Source: an uncultured virus (IMG/VR IMGVR_UViG_2568526301_000001) (taxonomy: Duplodnaviria; Heunggongvirae; Uroviricota; Caudoviricetes). From it: DNA of 64,000 nt. The position numbers and the translations under genes are program-made. Positions 33,654 through 44,422 of the stretch are shown here, one piece after another (positions within the stretch are counted from its first letter, which is position 1; each line of letters begins with the position of its first letter). The stretch is taken from the IMG/VR virus record IMGVR_UViG_2568526301_000001. One strand, written 5' to 3'. The notes below the pieces were generated by a model, which ran no database searches, was not told the DNA's origin, and was given only the letters and a program-made list of their open reading frames with translations.

Positions 33654-34473
33654 GGCACTGTTGCAAATAGTCGGTGGTGATAAACTTATCATCCCCTTTT
33701 GCTGATGGAGCTGCACATGAACCCATTCAAAGGCCGGCATTTTCAGCGTGACATCATTCTGTGGGCCGTACGCTGGTACTGCAAATACGGCATCAGTTAC
33801 CGTGAGCTGCAGGAGATGCTGGCTGAACGCGGAGTGAATGTCGATCACTCCACGATTTACCGCTGGGTTCAGCGTTATGCGCCTGAAATGGAAAAACGGC
33901 TGCGCTGGTACTGGCGTAACCCTTCCGATCTTTGCCCGTGGCACATGGATGAAACCTACGTGAAGGTCAATGGCCGCTGGGCGTATCTGTACCGGGCCGT
34001 CGACAGCCGGGGCCGCACTGTCGATTTTTATCTCTCCTCCCGTCGTAACAGCAAAGCTGCATACCGGTTTCTGGGTAAAATCCTCAACAACGTGAAGAAG
34101 TGGCAGATCCCGCGATTCATCAACACGGATAAAGCGCCCGCCTATGGTCGCGCGCTTGCTCTGCTCAAACGCGAAGGCCGGTGCCCGTCTGACGTTGAAC
34201 ACCGACAGATTAAGTACCGGAACAACGTGATTGAATGCGATCATGGCAAACTGAAACGGATAATCGGCGCCACGCTGGGATTTAAATCCATGAAGACGGC
34301 TTACGCCACCATCAAAGGTATTGAGGTGATGCGTGCACTACGCAAAGGCCAGGCCTCAGCATTTTATTATGGTGATCCCCTGGGCGAAATGCGCCTGGTA
34401 AGCAGAGTTTTTGAAATGTAAGGCCTTTGAATAAGACAAAAGGCTGCCTCATCGCTAACTTTGCAACAGTGCC
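33654..34473 (+). mobile_element. tnp26: IS26, complete (820 bp), at plasmid/phage junction
   Basis: Both IRs and full transposase ORF. Confidence 0.99.
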
Positions 34474-34685
34474 CTTTTGGGCGTACTCAGCTTTTTAAAG
34501 ATGCGCTTAATTCAGGACCATTTAGTCAAACTGACTCTATATTATCAGTAGGCTTACAACCAACTGAGATCATTGAAGGATATGGTGCTTCTGTATGGGC
34601 ATTCGACGCCTCTCGCTCAGTTCGCACAGCATCTGAAACACGCCCCCATAACATTGCGTTTAATTACATCGTAAGGGCAGCATGA
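34474..34685 (+). pseudogene. Tail fibre variable C-terminal cassette, cut by IS26
   Basis: Ends ETRPHNIAFNYIVRAA. Confidence 0.85.
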
Positions 34686-34706
34686 AAACGTTGGTTTAGG
34701 AGAAGG
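34684..34706 (+). other. DNA-invertase crossover site (mix/pix-like)
   Basis: GAAAACGTTGGTTTAGGAGAAGG; inverted copy at 36238-36260. Confidence 0.8.
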
Positions 34707-35172
34707 TTCTGCACTGCCCGTTGGTGTGCCCGTTCCATGGCCCTCAACCACGCCGCCAACGGGCTGGCTGAAATGTAACGGTGCAGCATTTTCTTCTGAA
34801 ATGTACCCCAATCTGGCAAAGGCCTACCCCACCAATAAATTACCGGATTTACGCGGTGAATTTATCCGTGGCTGGGATGATGGGCGAGGAATTGATGCGG
34901 CACGCGCTTTATTGAGCATTCAAAACGGGATGTTGGAAAAACACCGCCATATTGTTGTAGCTAACGATGGATATGACACAAAGGATGAATGGGAGTTGGC
35001 CACGATTTTCAAAAAAACATATACGCAAGGCAGGGGGCTTGATGCCACAAATACAGGAGGGAATTTGATTCCATCACCAACGCTTCATTCACGAGGAAGT
35101 ATTGGTAACACAGGTGGTAGTGAAACCCGCCCCCGCAATATTGCATTTAACTATATCGTAAGGGCGGCTTAG
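34684..35172 (+). CDS. Silent tail fibre variable cassette
   Basis: Frame begins in crossover site (ENVGLGEGSALPVG), collar motif PDLRGEFIRGWD, ends NIAFNYIVRAA. Confidence 0.85.
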   Translation, partial: ENVGLGEGSALPVGVPVPWPSTTPPTGWLKCNGAAFSSEMYPNLAKAYPTNKLPDLRGEFIRGWDDGRGIDAARALLSIQNGMLEKHRHIVVANDGYDTKDEWELATIFKKTYTQGRGLDATNTGGNLIPSPTLHSRGSIGNTGGSETRPRNIAFNYIVRAA

Positions 35173-35178
35173 TTATAT

Positions 35179-35790
35179 TCAACTGGCTGCTGCCAGTGGT
35201 ATTTCCGGCAAGTTGATATCTGGTGCCATGTTTATATCCATTGCGTTCAGCGCGTCTATATAATCCAGCACGGCATTAAGCCGGGTGGTTTCTGCCTGCG
35301 TCAACTTCCGCCCGGCCTGCAACTTCAACTGAATCAGACTTATGGAAGCCATTGCCGCATCAGCCAGTGACTGACGCTTGGTTTCTGCCGCTTCTACTGC
35401 GGCACGATGTTGTGCCTCAGTATCTGTCACCCATTTTTCACCATCCCATTTATCGTATGGTGTTAACGGGGCGATAGTGGTTGTATTTTTCGGGTAGTCA
35501 CCCAGCGCCGTGATTTCTTCGGTGTTTCCCGTGTCAGTGCTATAGACGGTTTCACCACGATGGTCTGGCGCATACTCCCATGAACTTAAATTCTCCGAAC
35601 GGCGGATAGCATAGCCCGCTTTATGTGCGCCCGGGGCATCTAAACAGGAATTTGCCGGAATACCGACACCCACAGCAAGATATTCAGTTGATTCGGAAAT
35701 ATATTCCCGTGTTTCACCATCATAGTTATAAACGACGATGTTTCCTGCCTGTACGGCAATAAGGTCATCATTTAATATCGCGTTATTCAT
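35179..35790 (-). CDS. Tail fibre assembly protein (Tfa)
   Basis: GVGIPANS, DHRGETVY, KWDGEKWVTD motifs. Confidence 0.9.
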   Translation of the reverse strand: MNNAILNDDLIAVQAGNIVVYNYDGETREYISESTEYLAVGVGIPANSCLDAPGAHKAGYAIRRSENLSSWEYAPDHRGETVYSTDTGNTEEITALGDYPKNTTTIAPLTPYDKWDGEKWVTDTEAQHRAAVEAAETKRQSLADAAMASISLIQLKLQAGRKLTQAETTRLNAVLDYIDALNAMDINMAPDINLPEIPLAAAS

Positions 35791-36260
35791 TATGCGGTTC
35801 TCACAATATAATTGAAGGCAATATTGCGTGGGCGGCTTTCATTCCCCTCTGAGGATTCCGTTCTGTATTGACTGGTAAATCTACCGTTAATTGCACCTTG
35901 CCGGACGGCGTTATCTGTCGACAACAGACTATCCCCTCCTTTGTCATTTGGCACCAGTACCGTGTTATCCCACGCATCCCATGACCGAATATTATGATAA
36001 TGACTTCCTGTTAACCACCCCTGCATGCTTAAGATGCCCCTTCCAGCATCCACCCCGCGCCCATCATCCCAGCCACGGATAAATTCACCGCGTAAATCCG
36101 GTAATTTATTGGTGGGGTAGGCCTTTGCCAGTTTGGGATACATTTCAGAAGAAAATGCTGCACCGTTACATTTCAGCCAGCCCGTTGGCGGCGTGGTTGA
36201 GGGCCATGGAACGGGCACACCAACGGGCAGCGCAGAGCCTTCCCCCAAACCAACGTTTTC
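35790..36260 (-). CDS. Silent tail fibre variable cassette (opposite orientation)
   Basis: Same collar segment as 34684 cassette, different central region, ends NIAFNYIVRTA. Confidence 0.85.
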   Translation of the reverse strand, partial: ENVGLGEGSALPVGVPVPWPSTTPPTGWLKCNGAAFSSEMYPKLAKAYPTNKLPDLRGEFIRGWDDGRGVDAGRGILSMQGWLTGSHYHNIRSWDAWDNTVLVPNDKGGDSLLSTDNAVRQGAINGRFTSQYRTESSEGNESRPRNIAFNYIVRTA

Positions 36261-36319
36261 GTCTTTATCCCTACCTATACCAACTATGTATTTTTCACGA
36301 AACAAAGAGGATGTTTTTT

Positions 36320-36919
36320 ATGCAAATTGGCTATATTCGTGTGTCAACAAATGACCAGAACACGGATTTACAACGCAATGCACTGAACTGCGCAGGATGT
36401 GAACTGATTTTTGAAGATAAAATCAGCGGAACGAAATCAGCCAGACCGGGATTGAAAAAACTGCTCAGAACGCTATCAGAAGGAGATACGCTGGTTGTCT
36501 GGAAGCTGGACAGACTGGGCAGAAGTATGAAACACCTGATCACGCTTATTGAGGAATTGCGGGAAAAAGGTGTTAATTTCCGTAGCCTGACGGACAGCAT
36601 TGACACATCAACACCCATGGGGCGTTTCTTTTTTCACGTCATGGGGGCTTTAGCCGAAATGGAACGTGAATTAATTGTAGAGCGTACACTGGCCGGGCTG
36701 GCAGCAGCACGCGCACAAGGACGCATTGGCGGACGTCGCCCGAAGTTGACAAAAGAACAACACGAGCAAATAGCGAGGCTGATTAAAAACGGTCATGACA
36801 GGAAACAACTGGCGATCATTTACGACATCGGCATATCGACGATTTATCGTTATCACCCTGTAGGCGATATACAGGCTGAAGAAACAACCAGGCAGACTCA
36901 GGAAAATGAAAACCGCTAA
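36320..36919 (+). CDS. DNA invertase (Pin/Gin/Min family serine recombinase)
   Basis: MQIGYIRVSTNDQ, VWKLDRLGRS, GRIGGRRP, ISTIYRY. Confidence 0.95.
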   Translation: MQIGYIRVSTNDQNTDLQRNALNCAGCELIFEDKISGTKSARPGLKKLLRTLSEGDTLVVWKLDRLGRSMKHLITLIEELREKGVNFRSLTDSIDTSTPMGRFFFHVMGALAEMERELIVERTLAGLAAARAQGRIGGRRPKLTKEQHEQIARLIKNGHDRKQLAIIYDIGISTIYRYHPVGDIQAEETTRQTQENENR

Positions 36920-36938
36920 TCTGACCATTAGCGGTTTT
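36909..36938. terminator. Bidirectional terminator-like hairpin
   Basis: AAAACCGCTAAT-CTGACC-ATTAGCGGTTTT between convergent genes. Confidence 0.75.
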
Positions 36939-36945
36939 GCGTTAA

Positions 36946-37440
36946 TCAAAACAGCCCTTTAACGGAGCTGGCCGCGCTGTTAAGGGATGATGTGACCTTA
37001 TCTTTGAAGCCGGACAGCATATCACTGAACGATGAGGATTGCAGGCGCTCCCGCAAATCCTCATCACAGCGTTCAAGAGTCAGTGAAAATTCTATCTTTT
37101 TCGCCTTACCGTAGCGATCAAACTCGGAGCGGGTCGTATTCGTTCCGGTCAGGACATACATGCCGTAAATCTGCCCGACACCATCAATCAGAGGCCAGGG
37201 GCGTCCTGTATATGCCTGCGTGGTCAGCAACGAAAGCGATACTTCGCCACCTGTAATTTCAGGATAAAGCACACCAGAAAGAACGATGCGATCATCGCCT
37301 GCCCCGATATACTGCCAGCTTGCTGAACGGTTAACGCGTTCATTTTTCACATGCCGCCAGCTTTTGTTTTGCTGTAACTGCTGATGCGGCAGCGTGCGCA
37401 GCTCAAAAACAAACATGCCGTAGATCATCATCATGGCCAT
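36946..37440 (-). CDS. U: Tail protein gpU
   Basis: MMMIYGMFVFEL, LSGVLYPEITGG. Confidence 0.9.
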   Translation of the reverse strand: MAMMMIYGMFVFELRTLPHQQLQQNKSWRHVKNERVNRSASWQYIGAGDDRIVLSGVLYPEITGGEVSLSLLTTQAYTGRPWPLIDGVGQIYGMYVLTGTNTTRSEFDRYGKAKKIEFSLTLERCDEDLRERLQSSSFSDMLSGFKDKVTSSLNSAASSVKGLF

Positions 37441-37446
37441 GACTCC

Positions 37447-40254
37447 TCAATCTTTATCGTAAAAACTGCCACGCCCGGCACGGGCGCGCCGTTCCATTTC
37501 TGCCCTGACCATTTCACCGACCAGTTTCGCCAGTTCGCGGGGATTCTGTGTAACAACGTTATGCAGATGAACATGAATTTCACCGCCAAATCCGGAGGCA
37601 ACAGGCTCCCGGTTACGGGAAGTTGCAGGAACTGATGCCACTGGCGATCGTATGGCCTCTGCCACCGGGCGGGAGCTGGCCGCAACAACAGGGACCAGCG
37701 CCGGAGGCAGCGGAGCCGGAACCACAGGTGTGATATTAATTGCGGGGGCAGGCTTACTGACCTGCGCAATCTTCCGCTCCTGCCACTCCCCACGAACAGC
37801 AAGTGCGCGGGGCAGGTTCTTAAAGACAATATCGCCGGGGCCAATACGTTTTTTCGTCTCATCAACCAGCTTACCTGTGTTATCAGCAATTTTGCTGAGT
37901 CTGCGTAGCGTACCGGTATTGCTGTCTGTGAGCGGTTTGTTGTCTTTGGGTTTATCACCTCCGGTGCCATTGCCATTTTCCACAGGCTTCGGCGGATTGA
38001 TTTTCGCCAGGTCCCCCTGAAGCAAGGCAACCTTGTCCTGAAGAATGGCCGCACGCTGTGCGTCTTCGATTTTCTTGCGCGCCCTTTCCGCTTCATCCGG
38101 AAGCACACCGAGCTTTTCAAGTATCCACGCTAGCGTATCCAGCAACATTTTTGCAGGTGTCAGAACAAGTTGTAACGCACCGCCAAGAACGTTACCGAAT
38201 ACCTCGCCAGCACTGGTACATTTATCCAGCGTTTCCTTGCTGGACTCCATCGGTGACAGCAGCGATTTAAACCAGTTAAAGACCTGAATAATCCCATCAC
38301 GCACGACATCAAAAACAGGACTGAACCGTTCAAAGGTTTCGCGCAACGGAGCCAGCCGTTCCATAATCCCACTGAACACCCCGGCAAAAAATGCCCTGAT
38401 TGGGTCCCAGTATTTCCAGATAAGAATGGCAGCTCCGGCAAGCGCAGCCACGATAAGACCAACCGGACTGAACAGCGCCCCGATAGCGCCTCCCAGTAAA
38501 GAAACGGAACCAGTCACCATTCCCCATAGTGCTGGCAGGACCCTGACAGCATTCATTGATCCGGTCAGGAGAGAAAAACCAAGACGCAGTTTTGCCAGCG
38601 GGCCAGCAAGCACACCAATAGCCAGCGACAACGAGCCAACCGTTGCAGTCATTGCCAGCAACGCACCGCCTGCTATCAGTAGCTGGCGCGTCAGTGTCGG
38701 ATGGGCCTGCGCCAGCGCCGTCACCCTTGATACCACCCGTGTGAGCCACTGCGTGACAGAACGCAGCGGACCGTCAATCAGATCTGCAATGCGGATGCGC
38801 AACCCTTCCCATGCACTGCCGAGTGATTTCAGATCGCCGTCAAGGTTGTTGGCCATAACCTTTGCTGTGCGTTCAGCCTCACCGCGCGCGCCTTCAAGTT
38901 CTTTTCTCAGTTTGGGTAAGGAACCGTCACCCGCTGCATCAACGAGCGCCATAAACGATGTGAAAGCCTCTTCTCCGGCAATGTCCTTAAAGAACGATAC
39001 CCGGTCAACTTCCCCGTATTTGCGGGTGGCTTTATAAAGGTCGGCCAGCACATCCTCCATCGGGCGCATTTTGCCGTTCGCGTCAGAGACTGCCACACCA
39101 AGCTCTTTCAGCGCCTCTGCTGCCGCCTTTGGCGGTGATGCCAGACGAGCCAGGCTGGCACGCATTGCCGTCCCGGCATCACTCCCTCTGATGCCCATAT
39201 TCGCCAGCACGCCAGCCATCGCTGCGGCCTGCTCCAGCGATATTCCCAGCTTACCCGCCACCGGACCTGCATATTTCATGGTTTCGCCCAGTGCGCGAAG
39301 GTCAGTGTTGGTACGGGTAAATGCTGCGGTGAGCGTGTCGCCAACCCGGTCCATCTGGTCAGCAGAAAGGCCGAACTGCGTCAGGATATTTGAGCCAATA
39401 TCCGCCGTCTCGCCGAGATCCATGCCGCCAGCCGTTGCCATGCTCAGCACGCCCGGAAGCGCAGCCTGAATGGCCTGCGGAGTGAAGCCAGCCATTGCAA
39501 GAAATGCCTGCCCACTGGCGGCATCGCCTGCGGTGAACTGCGTTTCAGAGCCAAGTTTTAACGCCTGCTCACGCAGCGCCTTAAACTGCGGGCTGTTCTG
39601 ATCGATTCGCGTCAGTGCCTGAACGCGGGACATCTCTTTGCCGAACCCGATCGCAGGCTGCAAAAAACGCCCGGCAGCATAGCCGCCAGCCGCTGCCGCA
39701 CCAATTGCCAGCGCACCACCTGTTTTCAGTTTTCCCGCGGTTTCCTGCACGCGCGAATACCGCTCATGCGCCCGCGTTACACGCGCAAGCGCCTGCCGTT
39801 CGCGTTCAAGCTGGTTGTTGTACTGTTCGGTGCGTCTGATGGCCTGCTGGATGGTGTTATCGCTGCCTGTCAGGGAAATGCCGTGGCGTTTCAGCTCTCC
39901 GCCAAGCTCCCGCATTTTCTGAATTTCCCGTGTGCGCGATTCATTCAGGCGTTCAAGCCGGGTGCTTAACTGCTGCATCAGCTTTTGTTGTTTTTCGCTG
40001 AGCACTGTACCCGTGCGTTGTAACTGATTAAGGGCGTTAAGCTGGCGTCGCGCTTTCACGATACCCGCATCCGCTTTACTGACAGCGTCGCGGGCGCGCT
40101 CAAATGAACGCGCCTGACGCTCGAGATTTTTGATCGCCCCCTGCGTTCGCTGGATGGAGTCACCAAACTGCCCCATCAGGCGGCGGGCGTTTTCGGCAGG
40201 TCGGGTCAGCCTGTCAACGGCGCTGAAAGCGACCCGGATATCAAGAGTCTTCAT
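37447..40254 (-). CDS. T: Tail tape measure protein gpT
   Basis: 935 aa Ala/Gly-rich, GIRGSDAGTAMR motif. Confidence 0.93.
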   Translation of the reverse strand: MKTLDIRVAFSAVDRLTRPAENARRLMGQFGDSIQRTQGAIKNLERQARSFERARDAVSKADAGIVKARRQLNALNQLQRTGTVLSEKQQKLMQQLSTRLERLNESRTREIQKMRELGGELKRHGISLTGSDNTIQQAIRRTEQYNNQLERERQALARVTRAHERYSRVQETAGKLKTGGALAIGAAAAGGYAAGRFLQPAIGFGKEMSRVQALTRIDQNSPQFKALREQALKLGSETQFTAGDAASGQAFLAMAGFTPQAIQAALPGVLSMATAGGMDLGETADIGSNILTQFGLSADQMDRVGDTLTAAFTRTNTDLRALGETMKYAGPVAGKLGISLEQAAAMAGVLANMGIRGSDAGTAMRASLARLASPPKAAAEALKELGVAVSDANGKMRPMEDVLADLYKATRKYGEVDRVSFFKDIAGEEAFTSFMALVDAAGDGSLPKLRKELEGARGEAERTAKVMANNLDGDLKSLGSAWEGLRIRIADLIDGPLRSVTQWLTRVVSRVTALAQAHPTLTRQLLIAGGALLAMTATVGSLSLAIGVLAGPLAKLRLGFSLLTGSMNAVRVLPALWGMVTGSVSLLGGAIGALFSPVGLIVAALAGAAILIWKYWDPIRAFFAGVFSGIMERLAPLRETFERFSPVFDVVRDGIIQVFNWFKSLLSPMESSKETLDKCTSAGEVFGNVLGGALQLVLTPAKMLLDTLAWILEKLGVLPDEAERARKKIEDAQRAAILQDKVALLQGDLAKINPPKPVENGNGTGGDKPKDNKPLTDSNTGTLRRLSKIADNTGKLVDETKKRIGPGDIVFKNLPRALAVRGEWQERKIAQVSKPAPAINITPVVPAPLPPALVPVVAASSRPVAEAIRSPVASVPATSRNREPVASGFGGEIHVHLHNVVTQNPRELAKLVGEMVRAEMERRARAGRGSFYDKD

Positions 40255-40770
40255 TGTCTGCATTCCCGCTGCGAAGTGCCGCCCGCTCACGCCAGCTAAC
40301 CACTTCGCCGGGCGTCATCATGAAGATTTCGGCGGGCGACCAGTTAAAAATAACGGCAATATCTGCCACAAAGTCTTCTATGTGCTCAAAGCACACAACC
40401 GTGATCAGGCTTCCGTCGCCTGTTCGTTCTTCCCGCCAGAGTCCGCACCGCTCAAAAAATTTACGGCAACCACACATAACTGAATAAAGTCACGGGATGC
40501 CATTTTTTTGATCGTCACTTCATCCAGTCGCGGTGATGTCACGCGTGACAGCAGCGTAAACATGGATTCCGCTTTCAGATTCAGCACATCAGACAGCGAC
40601 AAATCTCGCAGAGATCCAGCCTGCTCAATAGCCCCGGTGATCTCCACATACGTGATTTTTTCGCCGCCTCGCTCAATTGGTTGGGTAAGTTTTACGCCAC
40701 GCTCACTGGTTTCTTTCACAGTGTCAGCAACTACCGTGTTTTCGGTATCGATGTTTTTCGTCTCTTTCAT
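40241..40770 (-). CDS. E: Tail assembly chaperones gpE (40405-40770) and frameshift extension gpE+E'
   Basis: TTTTTTG slippery site at 40453-40459 (minus strand); overlapping frame encodes ADIAVIFNWSP. Confidence 0.85.
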
Positions 40771-40824
40771 CAGGAAACTCCTTTCAGTCAGAGGCGACGC
40801 ACTGCGCCGCCTGCATATTACTTA

Positions 40825-41337
40825 TCAGCCAAGCCCAAGCGCGGAACGGATGCGATCGGGCACAATGTCCTTGCCGTCCTTCCGGTAAATGAAGTTCAGC
40901 AGGTCAATCTCCCACAGCGGGCGATCGTTAACGCTCAGCTTGTAGTAGGTGTTTTTAATGGCGTAAGAGTGTGATGTGGCTTCGCCCTGTTTGGCTTCCC
41001 CCATATCAATTTCCGTCACACGTCCGCGCATTTCGACTTCATACAGGTCGCTTTCTGCATCGGTGTAGTATTCACCCGCAAAACGCAGCAGCGTGCCGTC
41101 AATCGTGCCGCCATACTTAAGGAACAGCTCACGAACTGCGCCCCCCATGACAAAGCTCGCATCAAGCGCGGAGTCGTCCAGACCGAGATCAATACTTACC
41201 GCACCCATCATGCCACCACCCCGGTAGCTGTCGGTTTTGCGCGTCAGCTTAGGCAGAGTGACGGACGTCACCTTACCCACTTCGTTTTCACCATCCACAA
41301 ACAGCGTAAAAAAGCGAAGATGTTTTGGCACAGCCAT
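40825..41337 (-). CDS. FII: Tail tube protein FII
   Basis: VTLPKLTRK, YRGGGM, EIDLLN. Confidence 0.93.
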   Translation of the reverse strand: MAVPKHLRFFTLFVDGENEVGKVTSVTLPKLTRKTDSYRGGGMMGAVSIDLGLDDSALDASFVMGGAVRELFLKYGGTIDGTLLRFAGEYYTDAESDLYEVEMRGRVTEIDMGEAKQGEATSHSYAIKNTYYKLSVNDRPLWEIDLLNFIYRKDGKDIVPDRIRSALGLG

Positions 41338-42521
41338 CAGGCACCTCCCAGCACCGCAAATGCGGGTTCAAAGTATTCATCAGTAAACGTCTGGTAAAGC
41401 TCCATATCTTCCAGCGGGGGAACAGGCGTATATTTGTAGCGAATACGCACACGCCCCTGACGTAAATCCGTGGTGCTGTTATCCACCACGTCATACCAGC
41501 ACTCCGCGCCAATCAGTTTCCCGGCAGTAACCAGTGAATCCAGTTTTGCCCTGATGGCACTGATAACATCCTTCACGTTCGCAGGCGTCAGTGGACTGTC
41601 GATGGTTTCAAACTGCGCTTCCGCAATTGAATCAGCCAACACCTGTGCGGTTCGGGTATACACCTCAAAGATGTAGGCGTTCGTTTCCGGTGTGCGGTTG
41701 CCCCAGAAGCGGAACCCGTTGCGACGAATAATGGTCGTGATTTCTTTGTTGTTGAGGCTGTTGGCATCACTGTCTTCGGCCTGCAACGACCAGAACACAT
41801 GCCTGGACATCCCCAGCACATTTTTAACCGGAACGTTGGACAGCGATTTGTGCCAGCCCTGTTCATGGTCAATGTACGCACGGAGGCCGCACGCATAGGC
41901 AGGCGCGGGGAACGTTTCGTTTTTGCCACTTTTGGGGTTGTAGGCGATGAAGTCCGGCCATAAGAGCATCACCTCACGTTCGTTGAATTTCTGGCGGTAG
42001 GTAATCGCCTCAGCCATCGTGTTACAGCCGTGACATGAGGCATACACAAACGCGCGCAGTTTACCTGCAATCACGCACAGGGATTTTGTTACAGCCTCCG
42101 TGTCCAGCTCCGGCGCGGCCAGAATACGCGGACGGTATCCGATGCTTTCATCCTGCTCTGCAACAAGCAGCGCATACATCCCCGTATAGCTGCCGTCATC
42201 CTCAGAACCACCGATAACCAGTTGATCCTGCGTCTTTCCGTCTTCTTCTTTGTGTTCAGCCACGCGAACGACGATCACCTTTGTGCTCACCTGGTCTGCA
42301 ATGGCCTTAAGCGCACGATAAAGCGTCCCCGTTGTCCCGCATTTTCCCAGCACGTCATTGACGCGGGTCAGCAGTGTGGGCTTGTTCAGCGGGAACAGCT
42401 TCGCGTCCGCATCATCCGCCGTTGCCACGATACCGATAACGCTGGAATCAACATCGTTAATCGCTGTTACCAGGTCGGTATTTTCCGTAACACGGGCACC
42501 ATGAAAACGAGTTTCACTCAT
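41337..42521 (-). CDS. FI: Tail sheath protein FI
   Basis: FHGARV, GWHKSLSN, GFRFWGNRT, YTPVPPLE. Confidence 0.95.
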   Translation of the reverse strand: MSETRFHGARVTENTDLVTAINDVDSSVIGIVATADDADAKLFPLNKPTLLTRVNDVLGKCGTTGTLYRALKAIADQVSTKVIVVRVAEHKEEDGKTQDQLVIGGSEDDGSYTGMYALLVAEQDESIGYRPRILAAPELDTEAVTKSLCVIAGKLRAFVYASCHGCNTMAEAITYRQKFNEREVMLLWPDFIAYNPKSGKNETFPAPAYACGLRAYIDHEQGWHKSLSNVPVKNVLGMSRHVFWSLQAEDSDANSLNNKEITTIIRRNGFRFWGNRTPETNAYIFEVYTRTAQVLADSIAEAQFETIDSPLTPANVKDVISAIRAKLDSLVTAGKLIGAECWYDVVDNSTTDLRQGRVRIRYKYTPVPPLEDMELYQTFTDEYFEPAFAVLGGA

Positions 42522-42678
42522 AGCTTCAGCCCCTTGTATCCGTTAAATGATTCGGCAACAATCATCACCCACCACGCGCGTAATCTCACCCCTGCGCCGT
42601 TCTCCCGCCACGGCGACAACAAAAAGCAGTAACCCCCTCCGCACGCACATGCGACCATGCCACACAGGGAGGGAGCAG

Positions 42679-43788
42679 ATGACCGACACCACCATGCAAT
42701 TGCTCAGTCAGAGCACAGACCCCGTAAAAATGCCGGATTTTGATATTCTCGCGGAGGGTAAAACGCTGTCCGGCGTGGCAGAGCGCCTGATGAGCCTGTC
42801 GCTGACCGACAACCGGGGATTTGAGGCGGACCAGCTCACCATCACGCTGGATGATGCCGATGGCCAGTTGCAGCTACCGCCACGGGGCGCGCGTCTGACG
42901 GTTCTCATTGGCTGGAAAGGGGAACCGCTGACAGAAAAAGGCACTTACATTGTTGATGAAATCGCTCACGAAGGACCGCCGGACAGGCTGACTGTTTCAG
43001 CCAGAAGCGCAGATTTTCGGGATGAATTTAACGTTAAACGTGAGGTGTCCTGGCATGATGTGACCGTTGAGCGAGTGGTATCCGCCATCGCTCATCGGTA
43101 CGGTCTGAAACCACAAATCAGCGAAATGCTGATGGATATCGAAATCGACCACGCCGACCAGACCGAAGAAAGTGACATGTCCTTCCTTACGCGCATGGCG
43201 GAAATGCTGGGCGCAATCACCACGGTAAAAAGCGGCAATCTGTTATTCATCATGCCCGGTGGTGGCGTGAACGCACAGGGCCAGCCGTTGCCCTCGTTCG
43301 CCATTACACGCAGCAGCGGCGATCGCCATCAGTTCCGTATTGCTGACCGCGAGGCGTATACGGGGGTACGCGCCTACTGGCTTGATCTTAATTACGGGAA
43401 AAAGAAAAAGGTCAGCGTAAAACGCCGTAAACCGCCAAAACCCAAAAAGGAGAAAAGCAGCAGCCGTGAAGGTGATTATATGGAAGGTGCGGAAGGCAAT
43501 GTGTTTGTGTTACGCAAGACTTATCAGAACGAGCAGGCAGCAAGACGCGCAGCGGCGGCAAAGTGGCAGCAGCTACAACGCGGAGCCGCATCATTTTCCA
43601 TCACGCTGGCACGTGGACGTGCAGAACTCTACCCCGAAATGCATGGCACGGTAACAGGATTTAAAAGCGAGATTGATAATCAGGACTGGATTATTGCAAA
43701 AGCCGAGCACGCCATTGATAACAGCGGCTTTACCACGCAGCTTGAGCTTGAGGCAAAAATCCCGGAATGGATAGCGGAAACAGAGTGA
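42679..43788 (+). CDS. D: Tail/baseplate hub protein gpD
   Basis: LTDNRGFEADQL, DQTEESD. Confidence 0.92.
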   Translation: MTDTTMQLLSQSTDPVKMPDFDILAEGKTLSGVAERLMSLSLTDNRGFEADQLTITLDDADGQLQLPPRGARLTVLIGWKGEPLTEKGTYIVDEIAHEGPPDRLTVSARSADFRDEFNVKREVSWHDVTVERVVSAIAHRYGLKPQISEMLMDIEIDHADQTEESDMSFLTRMAEMLGAITTVKSGNLLFIMPGGGVNAQGQPLPSFAITRSSGDRHQFRIADREAYTGVRAYWLDLNYGKKKKVSVKRRKPPKPKKEKSSSREGDYMEGAEGNVFVLRKTYQNEQAARRAAAAKWQQLQRGAASFSITLARGRAELYPEMHGTVTGFKSEIDNQDWIIAKAEHAIDNSGFTTQLELEAKIPEWIAETE

Positions 43789-43830
43789 GCAACTTAGAAT
43801 AGCGACAGCACCACGTTAAGGGAGGTCGCT

Positions 43831-44091
43831 ATGTTCCGTTGTCCGCTTTGTGGCGCATCTGCCCGTATCCGCACCAGTCGTCCGGAAAATGATTCAAACA
43901 CCGTGCGGCAAAAGTATTACCAGTGTAACAATCTGGAATGCGGCGTATGCTTCTCAACACTGGAAGCTTTCCATAAATTCACATCAAAACACGCCTCCGG
44001 CGTTCACTCTTCAGAAGGTATCCCGTGGCATGATCTGCCAGCTTCACACAGGGGAAACAATCAGATGAGCTTGCCTTTACCTCAGAATTAA
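43831..44091 (+). CDS. ogr: Ogr/Delta late transcription activator
   Basis: CPLCG ... RTSR ... YQCNNLECG zinc finger. Confidence 0.93.
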   Translation: MFRCPLCGASARIRTSRPENDSNTVRQKYYQCNNLECGVCFSTLEAFHKFTSKHASGVHSSEGIPWHDLPASHRGNNQMSLPLPQN

Positions 44092-44281
44092 CAGGCAGAA
44101 TTGCCGGAGTAACAAAAAAGCGATAGATTACGCGCGGGTGCCTTTCGGCTGATGGTCGGAGGGAATACCCGAAGGCCAGATGTGGAAAGGCCCCGGAAAA
44201 CATCTCTGTTTAACCGAGGCCCTAACCGCATTACCTTGACAAGTGAAAGGTTAGCGCCTCTCCGGAAAAGGAGCAAGTGCT

Positions 44282-44422
44282 ATGTCGCAAAAATCGCTTA
44301 CGGCCATCACGTTCTGCGTGACGGCAATCCTCATCATCTGGATGTTGCACGGTTCGCTGTGTGAAATACGGATGAGCTTCTGGGGAGCGGAGTTTGCGGC
44401 GTTCTTACAGTGTAAGCAGTAA
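44282..44422 (+). CDS. Hok/Gef-family type I toxin (46 aa)
   Basis: Manual translation MSQKSLTAITFCVTAILIIWMLHGSLCEIRMSFWGAEFAAFLQCKQ; AGGAG RBS. Confidence 0.85.
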   Translation: MSQKSLTAITFCVTAILIIWMLHGSLCEIRMSFWGAEFAAFLQCKQ

